Shown in pieces: positions 48,811-54,019 of a DNA stretch of 54,019 nt. The first letter of the stretch is position 1. Each line of letters opens with the position of its first letter. Below the pieces are notes generated by a model. The model was not told where the DNA came from. It did not search any database and was given only the letters and a program-made list of their open reading frames with translations. This DNA is from Octopus bimaculoides (Eukaryota). The stretch is from positions 4,414,259 to 4,468,277 of the forward strand of contig NC_069006.1 in NCBI RefSeq assembly GCF_001194135.2. Direction: 5' to 3'. The translations under genes and the position numbers were made by a program.

Positions 48811-50337
48811 GTAAGTAGGTCGTCTGGTGTCACTGTTTGTGACATATGTTATTACTGTCACAAATCATATCATCATTAGTTCAAGGCCAATGTAATTGCA
48901 TTATGAATACTAAAAATATTTGATGGGGAAGAACTGAGTCTATTTAATTTCCTACTCAAACAATTTTATATGATGGTTTCAAATTTTGGCTGAAGGCCAA
49001 AACTTAAGAGTGTTAGTTGATTTCAGTAACCCTTCAAATGTAATACTTATTTATGCACATTTTTCTGAATTAACTATTCATCATCCCTATAGCTTTGAGA
49101 TTTTGATGAAGTGACTGTTTAGTTTTAGAATGACATTGCAGGCTAGGTATGAGAGGCTGGATCTTACCAGTTTGAATATAAAACAGGTAGAATATTTGCT
49201 TACCAACCACATGGTTCTGGGTTCAGTCCCACTTTATGGCACCTTGGGCAAGTGTCTTCTGCCATAGCTTTGGGCCGAACAAAGCCCTGTGAGTGAATTT
49301 GGTAGACGGAAACTGAAAGAAGCCCCTTCTATATATATGTATGTTTGTGTCTGTTTGTCCCCCTACTTTCGCTTGGCAGTGCTCCAGCATGGCTGCAGTC
49401 AAATGACTGAAACAAATAAAAGAATAAAAGAACTGCATTGGATAAATAAAGGAACAAAACATAGGCAAACTAGGGAGCATTGCTCTTTTACTTGTTTCAG
49501 TCATTTTGACTGCGGCCNNNNNNNNNNNNNNNNNNNNNNNNNNNNNNNNNNNNNNNNNNNNNNNNNNNNNNNNNNNNNNNNNNNNNNNNNNNNNNNNNNN
49601 NNNNNNNNNNNNNNNNNNNNNNNNNNNNNNNNNNNNNNNNNNNNNNNNNNNNNNNNNNNNNNNNNNNNNNNNNNNNNNNNNNNNNNNNNNNNNNNNNNNN
49701 NNNNNNNNNNNNNNNNNNNNNNNNNNNNNNNNNNNNNNNNNNNNNNNNNNNNNNNNNNNNNNNNNNNNNNNNNNNNNNNNNNNNNNNNNNNNNNNNNNNN
49801 NNNNNNNNNNNNNNNNNNNNNNNNNNNNNNNNNNNNNNNNNNNNNNNNNNNNNNNNNNNNNNNNNNNNNNNNNNNNNNNNNNNNNNNNNNNNNNNNNNNN
49901 NNNNNNNNNNNNNNNNNNNNNNNNNNNNNNNNNNNNNNNNNNNNNNNNNNNNNNNNNNNNNNNNNNNNNNNNNNNNNNNNNNNNNNNNNNNNNNNNNNNN
50001 NNNNNNNNNNNNNNNNNNNNNNNNNNNNNNNNNNNNNNNNNNNNNNNNNNNNNNNNNNNNNNNNNNNNNNNNNNNNNNNNNNNNNNNNNNNNNNNNNNNN
50101 NNNNNNNNNNNNNNNNNNNNNNNNNNNNNNNNNNNNNNNNNNNNNNNNNNNNNNNNNNNNNNNNNNNNNNNNNNNNNNNNNNNNNNNNNNNNNNNNNNNN
50201 NNNNNNNNNNNNNNNNNNNNNNNNNNNNNNNNNNNNNNNNNNNNNNNNNNNNNNNNNNNNNNNNNNNNNNNNNNNNNNNNNNNNNNNNNNNNNNNNNNNN
50301 NNNNNNNNNNNNNNNNNNNNNNNNNNNNNNNNNNNNN

Positions 50338-50700
50338 GTCGTGGTCGATGCTAGTGTCGTGTAACTGGCACCCGTACCGGTGGCCCGTAGAAAGCACCGT
50401 TTGAACATTGGGCCTCTTGAAGGCAGTGACAAGTGACCGAGACCATTGGCAATATTCTGGACTTGAGAAGATCTGTCAAGCCAAGTGAAATTGCAGTCGT
50501 GGTCGATGCTAGTGTCGTGTAACTGGCACCCGTACCGGTGGCACGTAGAAAGCACCGTTTGAACATTGGGCCTCTTGAAGGCAGTGACCGAGACCATTGG
50601 CAATATTCTGTACTTGAGAAGACTTGTCAAGCCAAATGAGATCGTAGTCATGGCTGATGCTGGTGGCACGTAACTGGCACCCATGCTGGTGGGACGTAAC
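50338..50700 (+). repeat. Tandem 158/151-bp repeats of the RTE 3'-UTR unit, abutting a gap
   Basis: Unit starts at 50338, 50496 and 50647. The first two copies are near-identical. Confidence 0.85.
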
Positions 50701-52307
50701 TGGCACCCATGCTGGTGGTACATAAAAAACACCCGCTACACTCTTGGAGTGATTGATATAAGGAAGGGTGTCCAGCTGTAGAAACCATGCCAAATCAAAC
50801 TAGAAACTGGTGCAGCTCCCCAGCTTAAGTTTTCAATCAAACTGTCTAAAGGTTCTCAAAGTGGACGCTACCGCCCCCCACCCACCCACGGTGGACTTTG
50901 AGATAGTCCAGATGGGTGCTGGTGCCTAAGTGGGTGGTAGAGAAAAAGGAGGCGTTGGGAGGAAGGCAGTGGATTGGGGGATGCTATGAATTCATTATAA
51001 TATTATTATAGTATTGTATACAAATTATATAATATTATATTAAATATCGAATCTATTTTAAAACGGGAGCCACATTTTTTTACCGTCCGAAATTCACAAA
51101 TTTGTTGTTTTATTTGTCTTAACTTTTTATTTATAGTTGAATGGCTGTAGAATATCAGTTTGGCTTTTTACATTTAAATTGTAAAATATTTATGGTCATA
51201 TAACAAAATAAAAGTATATCAAAAAGAAAAACCTTTTAGATAGTATTTTGGCCATGTTAAATTATCAAAGGCAAGACGCTTTTTTTTTCCTCTCACTAAA
51301 ATCATGAAATACAATCCCAAGATACTCTAAAACTCAACATAAACACATTCTTAAACACACACACACCGAAGTCCGCTCCCATTCCATTGTGTTGTAAACA
51401 CGAGCCATATGTGTTATTCTTCGTCGACCTCTGACCTCAAGTGCTTATGATCCTACGACACGTCGTATGTTAGCCTTTAGGTCAAGAGCATACGTTATCT
51501 CGTATGTCCTTATTTTAAGATGCTAGGCTGAGTGAAAGCATAAAATGTCGGGTGTGTTTTTTTTTTTATAAGTAATCTAAGCAATGGTTACTACCATCCA
51601 TCAACTAGTTTTCTTTTCCTTTCTACTTCACACACATACACTCAGACAAATGTCCCTCAAGATACATAAACACTCACACTCTCACAGGCACACATACACA
51701 CTCACGTTATCTATAACATTGTCTCGAAAAAAAAATGTAGACAAGTATACACGCAAACATTCATTATAAAAGGAAAAAGTCCTGTGTTTAGCGTTTTGAA
51801 TACGAGAACATTTAAAGATATAATCACAATTTGGCCCCCCGTTTTATTCATTTCTTTATATCTTTTGGAAATATGCATATATTTTAAACGAAATTTTGCA
51901 GAGGTTTTTTTCTGTTTGGTAGATGAAGACATGAAAAAGAAAGCAGTTGGTGGATACTGTTTTAAACAGCGGATACAACAATACCATGTTATCTAGGTTA
52001 AAAGAAGTGTCTCTTTGTGAGCATGTATCTAACAAATACATTATTGGGATTGTGTATCCAACTTAAAGGAGACTAACTGATAGGACTGTTAGTATGTCGG
52101 ACAAAATGCTTAGCGGCATTATTTCAAACGCTGCCGAGAGCGATTTACTTTCATCCTTTCGCTGTCAATAAAACAAAGTACTAGTCAGTTACTGGAAGTC
52201 GATGTAATCGGTTTCCCCTCCCCTTAAAATTGCTGGACTCGTGTCAAAATTAGAATCAATTATGTATTCAACAAGCTGGCAGAATCGTTAGTGCTTAGAC
52301 AAATTGC

Positions 52308-52880
52308 GGATCTTTTTTAAAACGGGGGCCACATTTTTCATTAACGAAACACTTTGAAACTTGGAACACTGGTAGAATGTGTCATATAAAACATCTTTTT
52401 CTCTTAGTCTTCTTTAAAAAAAAGAAATCCATAAGTTATTCCATGCTAAAGTTGTCGTATTTCTGTAATTTCAACCAATCACTGACGTCCATTCAGCCGA
52501 TATACATTAAGTGCCGACTACATAAACAAACGATTCTGAAACAATTAACCCTAACCCTAACCCTAACCCTAACCCTAGGGTTAGGGTTAAAGCAAATTTA
52601 AAATGAAAAAAGCAAATAAAACGAAGGTATGGAGATTAAATACGCTTTACATCGCTTAATCAGCCAAAGGAGTAAATATAAACAACTGAATACTTGTCAG
52701 TGATTGGTTGAAATTATCGAAATAAGACAATTTTTTACATAAAATGAATTCGAATACAAAAATATTTTTCTGTTCTATAACACAAAATAGATAAGTATAC
52801 GAAGTTTTAAAGTCTTTCCGTACCAAAAACACTACGTAAAACATTAATGAAAAATGTGGCCCCCGTTTTAAAATAGATCC
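52308..52880. mobile_element. 573-bp non-autonomous DNA transposon with 37-bp TIRs and a perfect 8-bp TSD (Merlin- or hAT-like)
   Basis: TIR GGATCT(T/A)TTTTAAAACGGGGGCCACATTTTTCATTAA with 1 mismatch. TSD caaattgc at 52300-52307 and 52881-52888. Inserted in a family-B SINE. Confidence 0.9.
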
Positions 52881-53879
52881 CAAATTGCTTAGCGGCATTT
52901 CTTTCGACTCTTTATGTTGAGAGTTAAATCCTGCGCAACTCAACTTATTATTTTTAGCCTTTCAGGGTCGATAAGATAAATACCAGTTCAGCACTGAGGA
53001 TGGTGCAATCGACTAACCCCTCCCCCTTACAGTTACTAGCTTTGCACCAAAATTTGAAACAATATTCAACGTGCTATACTGAAGCTGTTAGCAAACTGGA
53101 TTTCTGCTCTCTGAAATTCCGCAATGGTACTCGTGACCTAGAGGTTCGGCATAGGTACCCGACAGAATAAATACTAGGCTTTTAAAAAAAATACTAAGAT
53201 CAATGTGTTCGACTAAACCCTTCAAGTAAAATCGCCAACAATGTACAATGAACTTATCGTGTAGAGTGGAAACTCTAATGTTTCGGACAGTCGTTTCTTC
53301 ATGGAAAAGTTGATAAGAGAGAAATTAAAGAGAAACAGCAGAGTTTTACATCCACTGACCAGTTTTTCTAAGTTAGTGGATATAAAAGTCTGATTGTGAC
53401 TTTCCTACGTCTATTAAGTTTTTCTTGAAGAAGGACTATGTTCGAAACGCTGGATTTTCCACTCCCTACAACGAGTACAGTGTACTCGTTGTCCATACAT
53501 ACATACATATATATTATGTGGCTGTATGGTAACAAGCTTGCCGTATTTAATCGATATATATAATATATGTCGCCATCAAAATACTTGAATATTGCCTGCA
53601 CTTGTTATTGAAGCCAAATAGTTGCTTCATTTCCTAGAAATAGCAGCCAAATATTCCTCAGATCAAACTCTACCATCATTTAGAAAATAAGTTAGTGAAT
53701 ACACGGTACATAGAAAATTAGCGAAAAGTTGTTGAACAGAAAATAAATACAAACACAGATTTGATTTGCTCCTTCCCTCAAAAACCAGGCCTTGTGCCTA
53801 TAATAGAAAGGTTTATTAGCTACTGCCAATATGCTTCAGCCATTTTTTGACAAGGAAATAATAATTTTATCACCGATAG

Positions 53880-54019
53880 AATTGCTTCACAATCGTTTGT
53901 TTATGTAGTCGGCACTTAATGTATATCGGCTGAATGGACGTCAGTGATTGGTTGAAATTACAGAAATACGATAACTTTAACATGGAATAACTTATGGATT
54001 TCTTTTTTTTAAGAAGACT
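53880..54019 (-). mobile_element. Inverted partial copy of the left arm of the 52308 element, cut by the window end
   Basis: Reverse complement of about 52406-52546 with few mismatches. Confidence 0.85.

Noticed and set aside
50338-50700. CRISPR-like or novel array
   Set aside because: There are no unique spacers. The ~155-bp units match the RTE 3'-UTR unit also seen at about 27200-27600.
51900-52060. Possible + strand exon following 48698-48810
   Set aside because: Both candidate acceptors give a stop within a few codons when joined in phase 2, and there is no recognisable homology.
52546-52590. Ancient telomere fusion site
   Set aside because: The orientation is (CCCTAA)n(TTAGGG)n, opposite to a fusion, and the tract lies inside a TIR element with an intact TSD.

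Overview
Eukaryotic, AT-rich, microsatellite- and transposon-dense genomic DNA with seven assembly gaps. The repeat families suggest an octopus/cephalopod genome (inference). The main feature is one + strand gene with three coding exons: 15848-15953, 25447-26295 and a giant 10.7-kb exon at 30569-41271. All junctions are phase 1, and the second junction rebuilds a C2H2 linker (HSG|NLPFQC). The product is about 3885 aa with ten C2H2/C2HC zinc fingers. Several fingers resemble human PRDM2/RIZ as I recall it (not a database search), but no PR/SET domain is visible. The C-terminal third appears to be built from decayed 45-bp (15-aa) repeats. Introns and flanks carry mariner, maT/DD37D, hAT and other TIR elements, RTE LINE fragments and several SINE families. 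There is also a Penelope GIY-YIG fragment bracketed by inverted repeats containing tRNA-like boxes and minimal hammerhead motifs. Best leads: the PR-less PRDM2-like giant; the Penelope/tRNA/hammerhead module; a 74-nt exon fragment copied into the upstream intron beside a 35-bp-stem hairpin; a triplicated antisense membrane-protein-like relic with an internal inversion; and a TIR element with a central telomeric palindrome.
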